NCBI GenBank assembly: GCA_964016885.1
Contig: OZ024747.1
Location: 39,494,001-39,558,000, forward strand
DNA: 64,000 bases
From: Eledone cirrhosa
Taxonomy: Eukaryota
Direction: 5' to 3'
Shown here: positions 14,571 through 30,852 of the stretch, one piece after another
Numbering within the stretch: the first letter of the stretch is position 1
Layout: each line of letters starts with the position of its first letter
Notes under the pieces: model-generated
Told to the model about the DNA's origin: nothing
Databases searched by the model: none
The model's input: the letters and a program-made list of their open reading frames with translations, nothing else
Position numbers and translations under genes: made by a program

Positions 14571-16017
14571 GATCGAGTATCGAAAAATCGGCGCACGAGT
14601 TCACGATAAACAAAATTCGAAATGAGCGGCAGAGGGCTCAATAATTCAGATGAATCAGAGCTATAACTATCGTTAAAATACCGTCACATATAGAACAAGT
14701 CTACAATCAACCATACGATAAAAAATCGATAATAGAAGATTCGGGACAAACAGATAAAAAATATCAATAAAACAATACGTCAATAATTTAAATGAATGTA
14801 AAATCATACCCGGACTCACTAGACAGGTGTTAAATCTAGGTTCATGGGTTTCTGTAAATCCTTAGACTGTACTCTATCAGCTCACATATAAATATAAAAG
14901 CCTACTAGAGTAAGCGGAACGGAGTTTACTTTCTCAACGAGCTTTTTTCCTGGCGGGAGAGGGGCTAACTACCAGTGAAAAACGCACATGGCATTAGACA
15001 AGGGAGATAACCTCTATATCCGCGAAAACAATTCGAGGGAATGTGGAAATACACATATCGAATAAGAGTGCTCAATAGACATGTTAAAATAAAACAAAAG
15101 CTATTCATCACTCAATAGAATCGACAAAAAATGAGCAATAAAATTAACTGGTGGATAGCTATGTCCAGAGCTAAATATATTAGAAAGATCGAGTATCGAA
15201 AAATCGGCGCACGAGTTCACGATAAACAAAATTCGAAATGAGCGGCAGAGGGCTCAATAATTCAGATGAATCAGAGCTATAACTATCGTTAAAATACCGT
15301 CACATATAGAACAAGTCTACAATCAACCATACGATAAAAAATCGATAATAGAAGATTCGGGACAAACAGATAAAAAATATCAATAAAACAATACGTCAAT
15401 AATTTAAATGAATGTAAAATCATACCCGGACCCACTAGACAGGTGTTAAATCTAGCTTCATGGGTTTCTGTAAATCCTTAGACTGTACTCTATCAGCTCA
15501 CATATAAATATAAAAGCCTACTAGAGTAAGCGGAACGGAGTTTACTTTCTCAACGAGCTTTTTTCCTGGCGGGAGAGGGGCTAACTACCAGTGAAAAACG
15601 CACATGGCATTAGACAAGGGAGATAACCTCTATATCCGCGAAAACAATTCGAGGGAATGTGGAAATACACATATCGAATAAGAGTGCTCAATAGACATGT
15701 TAAAATAAAACAAAAGCTATTCATCACTCAATAGAATCGACAAAAAATGAGCAATAAAATTAACTGGTGGATAGCTATGTCCAGAGCTAAATATATTAGA
15801 AAGATCGAGTATCGAAAAATCGGCGCACGAGTTCACGATAAACAAAATTCGAAATGAGCGGCAGAGGGCTCAATAATTCAGATGAATCAGAGCTATAACT
15901 ATCGTTAAAATACCGTCACATATAGAACAAGTCTACAATCAACCATACGATAAAAAATCGATAATAGAAGATTCGGGACAAACAGATAAAAAATATCAAT
16001 AAAACAATACGTCAATA

Positions 16018-16021
<4 letters not shown>
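14561..16021 (-). repeat. Non-coding tandem array, 616-bp unit, about 2.4 near-identical copies, between TA tracts
   Basis: gatcgagtatcgaaaaatcggcgc recurs at 14571, 15187 and 15803 (period 616). Strand is inferred from the TA junction and an HHR-like fold. Confidence 0.95.
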
Positions 16022-16069
<48 letters not shown>

Positions 16070-16175
16070 ATAATAATAAAATTGAAGACTAAAATCCAAA
16101 GCGGGCTCGATAGGGAAAATATATATCAAATATATAAGAACCGTAGAGCAAATATTTATTAAAATAACAGATTAA

Positions 16176-16226
16176 AGTTTAAACAAAGAATCGCTGCTTT
16201 CACCCTTAACGGGATCTTCTGAAACT
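16176..16226 (-). ncRNA. HHR variant (CAGAAGA core), family A inverted pLTR
   Basis: Reverse-complement copy of the 17824-17874 motif. Confidence 0.6.
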
Positions 16227-17823
16227 AACAAAGTCAATCTGTAAACGCAGAACTGGATATTTCAAAAAACGTTGCAACCGGAGGAAGACAGGAAGACGAT
16301 ACTTTGGTTCGTGGTAACGTTCGCTGGCAAAGAACGGGAAAAAACGAATAATACGTCATTAATAGGAGCGGTGAAAAACAATTACGCGCAAAGACAAAAC
16401 CACGTTTATGGTATAAAAGAGGTCGTAGACTAATGTTCTCTTAGGTGGTTCATAGAGACCTTCTCTGGCAATGAACGAAAAAACGAAGATAATAAGTCAT
16501 ATGTGGAGCGTGGAGAACAATAGCACGCAAAGACAAAACCACGTGTCGCGTAGGGCCTACATAGGGTTAACCGCCAATAGTTTCAAGCAGCGTCTTTACA
16601 TGCATACCCATTCTTTTCGTTACCCTCTAAGAAGGAATATGACGTCACTTTCAGCTTATATCTGGAGTCTAAAAGACAACCACACCCAATATAAGTTACA
16701 CTGGGAGATCGTAGCTAGGGCTAGATCTTATAACGGAAATAAAAGACCATGTGACCTCTGCGCCGCTGAGGCCCTGGAAATACTCTACGCTACATACCAC
16801 ATCTTAAACAAAAAATCTGAGGTAATTTCGGCTTGTAAACATAAATTGCACAAAACTTTCCTTATTACAGCCCCACGTTATACCCTAACGGATAGCACGA
16901 TCTATACGTTGATATTTTACGTCTTGATGTGGGAGCTAAGTATATGTTTTGTTTATTCCTTTACTTATTTGCATAGGTTAGTATATATTACCCGTATGTT
17001 TTGTGGAGGTATGTATACCTTCTCGTACGTATATTTGACTGTTATAGCGTATAATTTTTACATATTTTGGTATTTAGGGTTTGGCTATGTGTATACGGGA
17101 GTTTTGCGTCCGCGTGAGTGTGCAGGTTCGTACGTATGGTGGGTGTGCGTATATGTGTACTTCTTGTTTTAGTTGACTTACGTCTCCGAACATTCGTGTA
17201 TTTATATGTAGGTATGCGTGTGCGCTTGTTATATACGTATTTATTTACTTATATAATTTTATATAATTATTTATTTATTTGTACACAAGCATACACACAC
17301 ACACATATTTATATGTGCGTGGTTTTGTATACCCATGGTAAGGTTTTGCGTATGCTTGTGTATGTACGTATCTGTTTGCGTGTATGTATTTATTTGTTTC
17401 TATTACTTCTGTATTGTATTTATTTACTTTGTTCTTAACTCTGTAGCGGAGATTCATTTGGTCTCCTAGTTAGAATTTTAGTCTTCGATTTCTGCTATAC
17501 CATTTACGTGGTTTTGTCTTTGCGTGCTATTGTTCTCCACGCTCCACATATGACTTATTATCTTCGTTTTTTCGTTCATTGCCAGAGAAGGTCTCTATGA
17601 ACCACCTAAGAGAACATTAGTCTACGACCTCTTTTATACCATAAACGTGGTTTTGTCTTTGCGCGTAATTGTTTTTCACCGCTCCTATTAATGACGTATT
17701 ATTCGTTTTTTCCTGTTCTTTGCCAGCGAACGTTACCACGAACCAAAGTATCGTCTTCCTGTCTTCCTCCGGTTGCAACGTTTTTTGAAATATCCAGTTC
17801 TGCGTTTACAGATTGACTTTGTT

Positions 17824-17874
17824 AGTTTCAGAAGATCCCGTTAAGGGTGAAAGCAGCGATTCTTTGCTTAAACT
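17824..17874 (+). ncRNA. HHR variant (CAGAAGA core), family A
   Basis: agttt CAGAAGA tccc gttaa ggg t GAAA gca gcgattctt tgc TT aaact. Confidence 0.68.
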
Positions 17875-17890
17875 TTAATCTGTTATTTTA

Positions 17891-17945
<55 letters not shown>

Positions 17946-17989
17946 TATAGATAGGTAAATATACACGGGTGTGTATGATTGTGTATAGA

Positions 17990-19866
17990 AGATTATATTA
18001 ATAAGAGGAATTCCAACTTTGTCTGATTTACTCGTTTTATTTACAATCCTTTAAAATATATATAATGGTATTATAATGAAATAGTATGATAGAATATTAA
18101 ATTATAAGTGTTAATTGAACAAGTACTTTCATGCTTTCGCAATCTTCAGGTTCATGATATGTGGTGACAGTCGAGTTTGCAATTTTCAACTGTAATGAGA
18201 TGGGTAAATTTCCTACCTTTTGTACATTTTATACAGAGAAAAGTGGCTCCAGAATGCAAAGCCCTGTAAACTGTATTTCGACCAATCAGTGTGTAGTTTC
18301 ACTGAATTACTACAGCTGATTGGTTTAAGCGTCACGGCTGGTTGAGCATGCTAACGACCAATAGTCATATCCAACGTATCAATTGTTTTTCTTTTTGAAA
18401 TGATGAAAATAGCATTTTCTATTAATCATCACCATCAACATCACTTTTATTATTATTATTATTGTTGTTGTTGTTGTTGTTAGTGGTCGTGGTCATAGTG
18501 GTAGTAGAAGTAATACCCCTAGGCGTTATTATTGTTCATTTAGCTTGGGTTTGAATTTATCAATAAAATTCTTTTCTTTGATTTTTCTCTTGATTTCACT
18601 TGGGCTGTGTAATTTGTAGAATGGGAATATTATAAATATTCCCTGACCACATGTTGTCAGGTGGCCGCTTAGGGGTATCTGACGGACATTTGGGTCTCTG
18701 ATTTGTTGACGGTGTACCCGTGCACGTTCCGATAGTGCATTTCCAGTTTGACCGACATATAGTTCTTCACAATTCGGGCATTTAATGCAGTAAATTAGAT
18801 TTCTGCTTTTGCAGTTCATATTTGCATTTGGGAATATTTTTCCAGTTTTTGTTTTCATATATTGACCGGCGTGTATGGATTGACATGTGCCGCATCGATT
18901 ATCATTGCATTTAGATACAGTGAATGATTGGTCTTTGTTGTTAAGGTCAAACTTTGCTTTTGTTAGCAATTGCTTCAAATTTTTTGGCTGTCTTTTACTA
19001 AGAGTCAAAGATCGATCTGTGATTAAGCCTTTTAATTCATTACTTTGAGCAATGATCGGAGGTTTGCTTTGGCAGTGTTGAAGATATTCTGTTGACATGG
19101 GTTGTGTGTCATTATAAATGGTATGACCAGTTCTTGGTTTCTTCTTCCTTGGGTTGTTCTAAGTTGTTGTATAGGTATTTTTATAGCCCGCTGTGTGCCA
19201 TTTTCTATAAGTAGAGATGGGTATTTTTGTTTGAGCAAAAATTCTCTTAGTTCTGTTAGGCGTTTGTACCTGGTATTCGTATCTTCTACAATGGTACAAA
19301 TTCTTCTGGCTAGGCAGTATGGGATGTTGCGTTTTGTATGAGGTGGATGGCACGACTTAAAATTCAGATATTGATGGGTGTCTGTGTGTTTATAATATAT
19401 ATCCGTGGTAATGGTGGTGTCGTTTTTGATTATCATTATATCTAGGAATGGTAATTTGGTCCTACTCATCTCTTTTGTGAATTGGAGAGATGGGTGTAGG
19501 TTATTCAGGAGGATATTGAACTCATCCAGAGTATCTAGAGATTCTGTCCAGATGATGAAACAGTCGTCAAGGTATCTCTTCCAAGATTTTTCAATGTACT
19601 TTCTAAAGTCAGTACTATATTTTTCCTCTATTTCTTGGTAGAGTTGTTGTTCTAAGTATCCCATTACAGAGTTCGCGTAAACGGGAGCAAACTTCGATCC
19701 CATCGCTGTGCCTCTAATTTGGATGTAATTCTTTCCATTGAAGAAGAAAGTGTTGTTTTCCAGAATAAGTTTAACTGCGTCTAATATAATTGGCGCTGTG
19801 AATCTAATGGGAATCACTTCTCTATGTTTTTCCACCCAGTATTTAACCGCCTTTAGATGTAGTCTC
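17990..19866 (-). mobile_element. PLE family B (possibly Neptune-like), 5'-truncated, one frameshift
   Basis: ORF 19032-19907 has GTAMGSKFAP, WKRYLDDCF, LPFLDI and SCHP. ORF 18529-19098 has CNDNRCGTC, NLIYCIKCPNCEELYVGQT and a C-terminal E..N. Confidence 0.93.
18116..18154 (-). ncRNA. Minimal type I HHR (family B pLTR)
   Basis: Minus strand: tgaac CTGAAGA t tgc gaaa gca t GAAA gtac TT gttca; perfect 5-bp stem I; GNRA loop; palindromic stem III. Confidence 0.88.
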
Positions 19867-22384
19867 CTTCTTTGTCTCCTCTCCCTCTCTCTATGTCTCT
19901 CTTTCAATCTACTCTCTCACAACCACTAACTCTCTCTCTCTCACTCTCTCGCTCTCTCTCTCTCTCTATGAAGGTACCCGGAAAAACCCCATATCAGGTT
20001 AGAAATGCAGGTGGGCCGCTGATAACTGAAACAATGAAAACACGGAGATGTGCACACACGCGCAAACATAAGCACAGACTACCACCATGGCACCCTCCTA
20101 AATCAATTCATTTCTGCGTCCACCACAAATACTCCTTTCTTCAAACTACATAGGAGGTTAGCTATTCGTTCTCACATTCTCCATTGTTTTTATAAAGTGG
20201 TGAATTTTTGAGATTTTCATCAGAAAATCCGAAATAAAATTATACTTGCCTGCAATATAATCAATCTTTCGTCAACGTATAAGGATAAAATTCCAAAATA
20301 AATATACATTTAAAGTTAATGCATATAAATATTGTAAATAAAAAACAAATGTTAGTTTATAGTATTATATACCTCAAATGCCATGGGTTTCACAACGGTC
20401 TAACAGGAAGTGTATTATTGGGGTGGAGATCGGTCAATAAATAATATATCAGTAAGAAATGTAGCGAACAACTTGATAGGTTTGAAAATAGAGGATGCAA
20501 AATATTCTCCTGTTTTGAAAGGATGTGAGTGCTATCAATTTCCAACTATAATGACCTTAGAATTTGAACTCATATCATTTGTGACTCGGTATGAAGGCCT
20601 ATTTGATATGGAGATAATTTTCGTTTTATATATATATGATCACACACTCCTGTTAGAAACGCCAGTTTGCTATTACTAGTATGAAAAAAAATGGTGAAAG
20701 CGCTTAACATCTAATCATTAAAATTCTATTCAGCCGGTTCATATCAATCCTTATTTAAATAGATTTTAAAGATATGTTTCTTAATTTCATGGGAAAACAA
20801 CGGTTTCACGTTCAAAATATTATTCTGCTGGTTTGTATCAATCCTGATCAAAAAGTAATTTCAAGGATTTCTTCTAAATTTCTTAATAGTATCACTCTGT
20901 CAAGAATATCTCTTCATTGAAAACATGTAAATGATTGATAGAATATCGAAAATGGCAGAGAAAATATCGGAAACAGTGGCGAAACAAAATGGAAGTGAAA
21001 AACACTTAGAAGAAATTTCAGCTAAATTGTGTATTCTTCCAAAAATACATCCGATTTCCGTATGCCAACCACCCTAAAAATGGAACAACAAACGCGTATA
21101 TTAATATTGAAATATACTATTATATTAATATTGAAATATACTGTGGACACTACAGAAACTTCAAATACGATTACTCTGATAGCTTCAGATCCAGAACATT
21201 CAAACTTACAGAATATATCAAATGAATGGAACGAATACAATTTGGAGGTGTTAGGATACAAAGATAGAAACTGAATGAAAAATAAAAGGCTACGTAATAA
21301 ATTATTAAATCAGTGGAAACAAGAAAACTGGAATGCACTTAGCACAAATATCTGGTTGAAGCATACAACAAATTTAAAAGCTAAGAGCAAGTCACTGTTC
21401 TAAGCAAATTTCCCCTCACCGAAATTAAATCGGAACCATACAAGAACACTAAATAAATCTCACACGTCAGAAATTTGTATATGTCTTGCCTTCCGGTATC
21501 CTTAAATTTACTTCATTGCTCAATAAATTTAATTATCATCTATTCATATGAAATTATCTTTACACATTTAATACATACTAATAGACACAATATTTTTAAA
21601 TCCACCATTCTTCCACTAACCCCCTCATTATTCTTCCTTAATGCGTGGGATGTAATTAGTAGATGTGTTATCTTATTTTACCAATAGTAACGATTGGTTA
21701 CTGAAAAAATATAAAATATGTATTATATTAGTCTCATTTTGATATTTATCTTTCACCCGGAGCATGTCTAGTTGAAATAGGACAAGTGAGATCAGTCTTT
21801 TCTCCACCTTATTCAATTTACCTGCCACAACTACACTGGACAGTTGACAAACAATCTATTCTTTAGAATTTTTGTACCAATTTCAAATGACACCTGCTAC
21901 ACGTTACCACATGGTAACTTGAGATCATATTCAGTTTTCCAGCCGGTAGTATCATTAATTTTAGATAACCTCATGGGTAACTTTGGGCAATAAATCTCAG
22001 GTGTAATCACCAAATATTTAGCCAATATCTCTCGGTTCCCTTGGCTAACAAAAATGTTCTTATTATCAGAAGCAAGGCTAAAATCAATTTTCGTATTATA
22101 AATAAAAACAACGCTAAATTGTAGACTCTGAAACCATATTTTGACTACCACTGTGGTTAATATAAAACAGAATTCAGATTACCGGATTGTAACTTGGAAT
22201 CCGAGAATCATTCGGTTTCCTAAATAGAATATTAGTCGTAGACAAACCATTCTCAAAATGTGCAGTATTAGTGTTATGCAGTAACAACAGTTATAATTCA
22301 CATTCTGTCTTCGTCAACATCCAAAACATAAACATACACATACCGACCATTATTAAATATGGAATGATACGCGATGCCCCCCCC

Positions 22385-23195
22385 CCCCCCCAGCCCTGGC
22401 GGTCAGAATCGAGAAGGCGTTTACACGGAGGAAGGCAAGGGAGACGCACTGGAAAAGCCACTCCAACTCGCAGGGCTCACACTAGCGTTTGGCCAGATCA
22501 GCACCTATGGTGGTGTGTAGGGAGGTAGCCCTAGGGCCAAGGACACCTGATCTCCACTTCCAGGGCTACAACAGCAAACCTGTCGAAAAGCGACCGGTAT
22601 TTGAGGAGTTTAGCTCCTCAGTCCGACGTGCAGCAGAACCCAGGTTAATCGCAGACTGCACCAGGTTGCGGCTGCAGAGAGTGTCGGTGCAAGTGGCATC
22701 TCAGACGAGGGGTCATGCCATCTGGCCCTTAGCCGTCCCCTCGGTCCAACCCCATCGGCTCGAGCTGGGAAGGCAAGTCTGCACCGTCCAAGCCATGCTT
22801 TATGACCTCGTTGAGGGCAGCATGGCGACAGGAAAGCAGGTGGAGGCCGAAAGGGTCCACGGTGGATCGGTAGAGACATTGGTGTGGCTTGCAGATCCGG
22901 AGGCTGAGCCTCAGGAAACGCAAATGCGCAGGCTATTATTGTCTAGCTGCATGCCAGTGGAGAAGGAGGGCAGGGCAAGGAGCCAGGCACCACTGTGTGG
23001 TTTGGAGGCCGCACGAAAACAGACAAAGAGGTGCTGGACGAGCTGGCGCGTGAGACTATCTGAGGCCAGGCTGCACTGGATCGTATCCCAAGTGTTTTGG
23101 GGGACTTGACGTCAACAGGGGGAGAAGGAGGAAGGACGTCTACTGGGCTGAGTCCCAGCCGGTCCCACGTCTCACATTGAGAATAACCAGGAAAT
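22385..23195 (-). mobile_element. CRE-like RLE non-LTR retrotransposon 3' fragment, decayed
   Basis: GC-rich island. Minus-strand LRLSLRICKPHQC..DPFGLHLLSC RHAALNE..LEPMGLDRGDG.PDG and NAFSIL are typical of the Zn-knuckle / RH / PD..D region. Confidence 0.75.
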
Positions 23196-23471
23196 GTCTT
23201 TTCATTTTTTTCCTTCATGGATGATTGAAACTCTTTCCTTTAAATAGACTTTATTAATACCAGGCAGAGAAATTAAATTAATTCGATATAACAAAACAAT
23301 CGACACATTTAATAAGCATTCGTGTCTGAATAGGATGAAAAATCTTCAGATTCTATGAGTTAATCAGTGTATTTCCGTGACTTTCATTCGTAATTATGAC
23401 TGTTTATTACAATTGCATTATTGTGAAAGATTTAAATTAACATACAAATGATTATGTCTGATCCTTCCTCA

Positions 23472-25564
<2,093 letters not shown>

Positions 25565-25712
25565 ATGCTTTGGGAAGGTCATGTTGCCAATAAGAAACAC
25601 ACGCACCAGTTGCTTTCACTCCAATTTATTATAAGTTAAATTTATAAATTTAAGAATTTATAAATTTCCGGTTGGTTGTTTGGTTCCACAACCGGACAGT
25701 TGTTCATATATT

Positions 25713-25755
25713 GCCAAAGTTCTTTTGTCACACATTCTGTGACCTCTTCAGTGAC
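25713..25755 (-). ncRNA. HHR (family E inverted pLTR), G12A mutant
   Basis: Minus strand: gtca CTGAAGA g gtcaca gaatg tgtgac AAAA gaac TT tggc. Confidence 0.6.
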
Positions 25756-28561
25756 TGGGGATTATTTTTTTGTTTTTGTGCCTCCCCTTTGTTCTGACCT
25801 ACGCCATCTTGTTTTTGTGTATGTTGTGTGCTTATTTTGCGCATGTGTTACATCCGGGTTCCTGTGTTTATATTTGTTTATTTATTTGTTTATTTACATG
25901 TTACTGGTTGGTTGTTTGTTCTATGTGTGTGTGTGTTTTCATTCTGTCCTTAATTGTAAGTTGTGATGTTGCTATTCCATTCATGTTTTCTATTTAATTT
26001 TGGTTGGAGTTCATTTATGATTATTGCCTCTGTGATTTGTCTAAACATTGCGTATTTTCTGTGTGTAGATTATATTTTTATTTCTATGTTCTCTCAGGTC
26101 GATACACAAACAGAAGCACAATTTAGTATAGCTAGATCTAAACTTAAAAATATTATAGAACAGTATAGCAAGAAGCAAAATAGAATGGAGGCCCAGAAAT
26201 TGGGAGAAAAATATGCAAATTGCTTGCGTAAGCTCATGCAGCGCTCGGGTAATGGAGGGATTGCATGCTTTCCAACAGACAAGTCTGGCAGAATGTCGGT
26301 TGACAGTCTGTCAAACTACATCCGGGCAATGCAACCCCGCATCACTAACACAAGAGAAGTAACACCACAAGAGCATGAGGATAGAGAGAAAACCTTCAAT
26401 GCCCATATGATGATGTGGACAAACATAAAGCAGCCCAACAAAAGGACTGCCTACTACTTCCAGGCCTGGAACAATGACGTGCCAGCGTTGTATGGGCTTC
26501 GAAAAGATCATAAAACGAGCAGTGACCCTGTCACAGGACCACCAACACGGACAGTCTGTGGAGCTAACATTGCTAGTAATTAAAGACTGTCCTACTTCCT
26601 CTCCCTAATCATACGCCCCATCATTGAACTGTAGCCAGATATATGTGACAGCACGGAGGACCTCCTCAGCAGAATCAGCGAAAGTAAACGATTTAGGGAC
26701 CTAACAAACTGTATAATAGGTAGTATGGATGGTGTGTCCCTATATCCATCCATTGACGTGGATTTTGCTGTGGAGAAATGCGTAGAAATGATCAGTGAGA
26801 GCAATGTTGAATTCCATGGGATTGATACAAGTGAGCTGAACTTAAACTTACCTATAGTAATGTTTATCTAGATACATATGACCTTAGCAACCTGTGCCCT
26901 ACAAGACCAGCAAGAGGCAGACCACCTACCATTACCTCAATGGCCAAGAAAACATATAGAGATACATGGAACGGGTGGACCAGATCCCTTCGGACCCCGG
27001 AAACCCACGATGAACTAAAGAAAATGATTGCACATGCGGTGGGGGCCAGTATAAAATTAACCCTTAAGGAATATATGTTCAAATTTAATGGAACAACATA
27101 TGCCCAAGAGGAGGGAGCAGACATTGGTGTTAGCATTGCAGGTTACATAGCTAACCTATTCATGGTATGGTGGGACAATAGACTTAAACTTAAAGTACAA
27201 TTAGAAGACAGCAACCTCTTAACCCTGATAATGTTCTCCCGCTACGTTGATGATATAAACAGCGTAGTAAAAACACCCCCACTAGAGAACAGTCAGGAAT
27301 TAGAGAAAAACACCATGGAAAGCATCCAGCAAATAGCTAACTCCATCCACCAGAGTATTAAAGTTACTATAGACTACCCAAGCAAACACCCCAACCATCG
27401 ATTACCTGTACTAGACACAGAACTCTGGATTGAAACCATTAATAACAAAAAACAAATCCTCCATTCCCGTTATGCCAAACCTATGACTACGAAATATCTG
27501 ATCCACCGAAACTAAGCTGTTTCGGACCATACCAAAATCAACATACTGATTGCGGATTTGGTACGGGTGATGAGAAACGTGTCCCGCATGTGCAACCCCA
27601 AAGAACTAGAGAGACACATACAACACTTCATCCACCGTATGCAGTTCTCTGGTTACAATCAGAGATATAAAATCAGAGTATATAGAGGAGCCAGAACCAA
27701 ATGGGAAAAAAATGGTAAATAATGATACAAATGGGACCTGCCCCTTTTATAGGAGCAAATTTTGGAATAGAATAGAAAGAACTAGGAATAAGGTTAATAG
27801 AATAAACTCTTGGTATGATAGCAATAAATACCAGAGTGTAATGTTCATCAATACAACCCCTAGAGGTGAATTAGCTTACAAATTTAGAAGGGCCCTAGAT
27901 AAACATAAACTTAATATTAATATAGTAGAAAGACCAGGTACCTCCATAAAAACACTTATTAGCAATACATACCCTTTCCAAAGACCTCCCTGTATAGACA
28001 AAAAATGTATAATCTGTAAATTAAGCCCCCATATTAACTGTAAAACTAGAAATGTAGTATATAGCATAAGATGAACTGAAGGACAATGTAAGATAAGAAT
28101 ATAGTGTACATAGGTGAGACAGCTCGTAGTAGAGGAGAACGGTTAAATGAACACTGGCAAGAATTTCAAGATAAAAAAGAATCATCAATACTCCACCAAC
28201 ATGCTAAAATAGAACATATGGGCAAATTAGAGAACATAGGAATAAACATAGAATCTACACTCAGAAAAGACGCAATGTCGATAAACAGAGGCGATAAACA
28301 TAAATGAACTCCAACCAAAATTAAATAGAAAACATGAATGGAATAGCAACATCACAGCTTACAATTAAAGACAAAACAGACACACACATAAAACAAACAA
28401 CCAACCAGTAACATGTAAGTAAACAAATAAATAAACAAATATAAACACACACAGACACCCGGATGTAACACATGCCAAAACTAAGCACACAACACACACA
28501 AAAACAAGATGGCGTAGGACAGAACAAATGACGGGCACAAAAACAAGAAAAAGATTCCCCA

Positions 28562-28604
28562 GTCACTGAAGAGGTCACATAATGTGTGACGAAAGAACTT
28601 TGAC
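28562..28604 (+). ncRNA. Minimal type I HHR (family E)
   Basis: gtca CTGAAGA g gtcaca taatg tgtgac GAAA gaac TT tgac. Confidence 0.83.
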
Positions 28605-28834
28605 AATATATGAACAACCGCCCTGTTGTGGAACCAACCAACCGTAAATTTATAAATTCTTAAATTTATAAATTTTACTTATAATAAATTGGAGTAAAAC
28701 ATCTGGTGCGTGTGTTTCTTATTTGCAACATGACCCTCCCAAAGTATAACAATATCGGTCTCAAAACACGTTTTCAGATGAAGAATCTTGCTAAACAAAT
28801 TCAGAAACGAAATATATATAGATATATATATATG

Positions 28835-30093
<1,259 letters not shown>

Positions 30094-30097
30094 ATAT

Positions 30098-30580
30098 GAA
30101 AGACGTAAAATAGGAAAATTATAAAAATTAACTTACTTACTAAAATTTCACTCCAACTAATTAGTTTCTGAAAGGGAATAAACATAGTTTCCGAAGAAAC
30201 GTACGGAGAAGCCTTTCGTCATCAGGGATGTCTATTCTCAGCTAAGTTTCCAGGCGATGCGTGGACACAGGGAACTTATACAAAAATAATTCAGTGGATG
30301 GAAAAAAGCAAAGCGTGGACTAAGTTCAAAGACATTGAAAAAATCACTGCCTACTGCGTTTTCGGTGCACCCAGCCGATTAACCCACTCGTTATGCAAAT
30401 TGGGCTACTCAGCCGTTAATATGCATAAGGTAAGTATATACGTTCAACAATCTGACAGGAAGTTGCTGACGATAGCTAATAAGCTTGAAACTAGTACAGC
30501 GTTCCTTTGTCAGTGTTGAACAAACGAGCAACGATGGTTGCTAGACACTACGGCTTAATACGGGTTGCTTGTTTACAAAC
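30098..30580 (-). mobile_element. Dispersed diverged relative of the 553-bp HHR unit (retrozyme-like)
   Basis: 30098-30350 aligns by eye to the reverse complement of about 51310-51578; 3' end joins the TA tract at the same position as the array. Confidence 0.8.
30151..30229 (-). ncRNA. Type I HHR, 553-unit family
   Basis: Minus strand: atcc CTGATGA c gaaagg..cctttc a GAAA ctaattag TT ggag. Confidence 0.85.
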
Positions 30581-30598
30581 ACATATATATATCTTAAT

Positions 30599-30657
<59 letters not shown>

Positions 30658-30798
30658 AATTAAAATACTAGAGTGTGTTGGAGTTAAACACCCTCTTCAT
30701 ATTATAGAAATGACAGTATAAGATATAGCTCAATGTAATTAAACAGAGCCGAAGAATTATAAAAAATAAACCAAAGCAGGTTTCAATACATCAAAAGT

Positions 30799-30852
30799 CT
30801 TTATTAACCAACAATGTTTCGTCCTATTAAGGACTCATCAGGGCAAGTAAAG
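30799..30852 (-). ncRNA. Canonical HHR (family F)
   Basis: Minus strand: gcc CTGATGA gtcc ttaata ggac GAAA cattg TT ggt. Confidence 0.88.

Larger units (their letters stand above)
16066..17895 (+). mobile_element. PLE family A: inverted pLTR (16066-16545) plus GIY-YIG end and 3' UTR
   Basis: ORF 16471-17172 contains RRAYIGLTANSFKQR..CDLCAAEALEI; about 16152-16544 is the reverse complement of about 17503-17897. Confidence 0.92.
25561..28812 (+). mobile_element. PLE family E with inverted 5' pLTR (25561-26096); decayed RT-GIY-YIG about 26097-28345
   Basis: PTDKSG (DKG-like), LYGLRKDHK, GPPTRTVCGAN, SMDGVSLYPSID, FSRYVDD and YIGETAR; 25561-26096 mirrors about 28215-28754. Confidence 0.92.

Noticed and set aside
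14561-16021. CRISPR-like interpretation of the periodic repeats
   Set aside because: Whole units repeat with no unique spacers, there are no cas genes and the context is eukaryotic.
20150-22300. Short ORFs in unique AT-rich DNA (21029-21274, 21897-22151)
   Set aside because: No recognisable domain or convincing splice pattern.
22489-23109. 206-aa plus-strand ORF
   Set aside because: Antisense to the GC-rich CRE-like fragment.
25521-25606. N-terminus of the 477-aa ORF 24173-25606 (and likewise of 40674-41819)
   Set aside because: Chance read-through from a neighbouring element across a TA or TACA tract into a truncated RT; not a native start.
26080-26100. Splice-acceptor-like ttctatgttctctcag at the start of family E coding sequence
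   Set aside because: Coincides with the inversion junction and is explained by the inverted 3' sequence.
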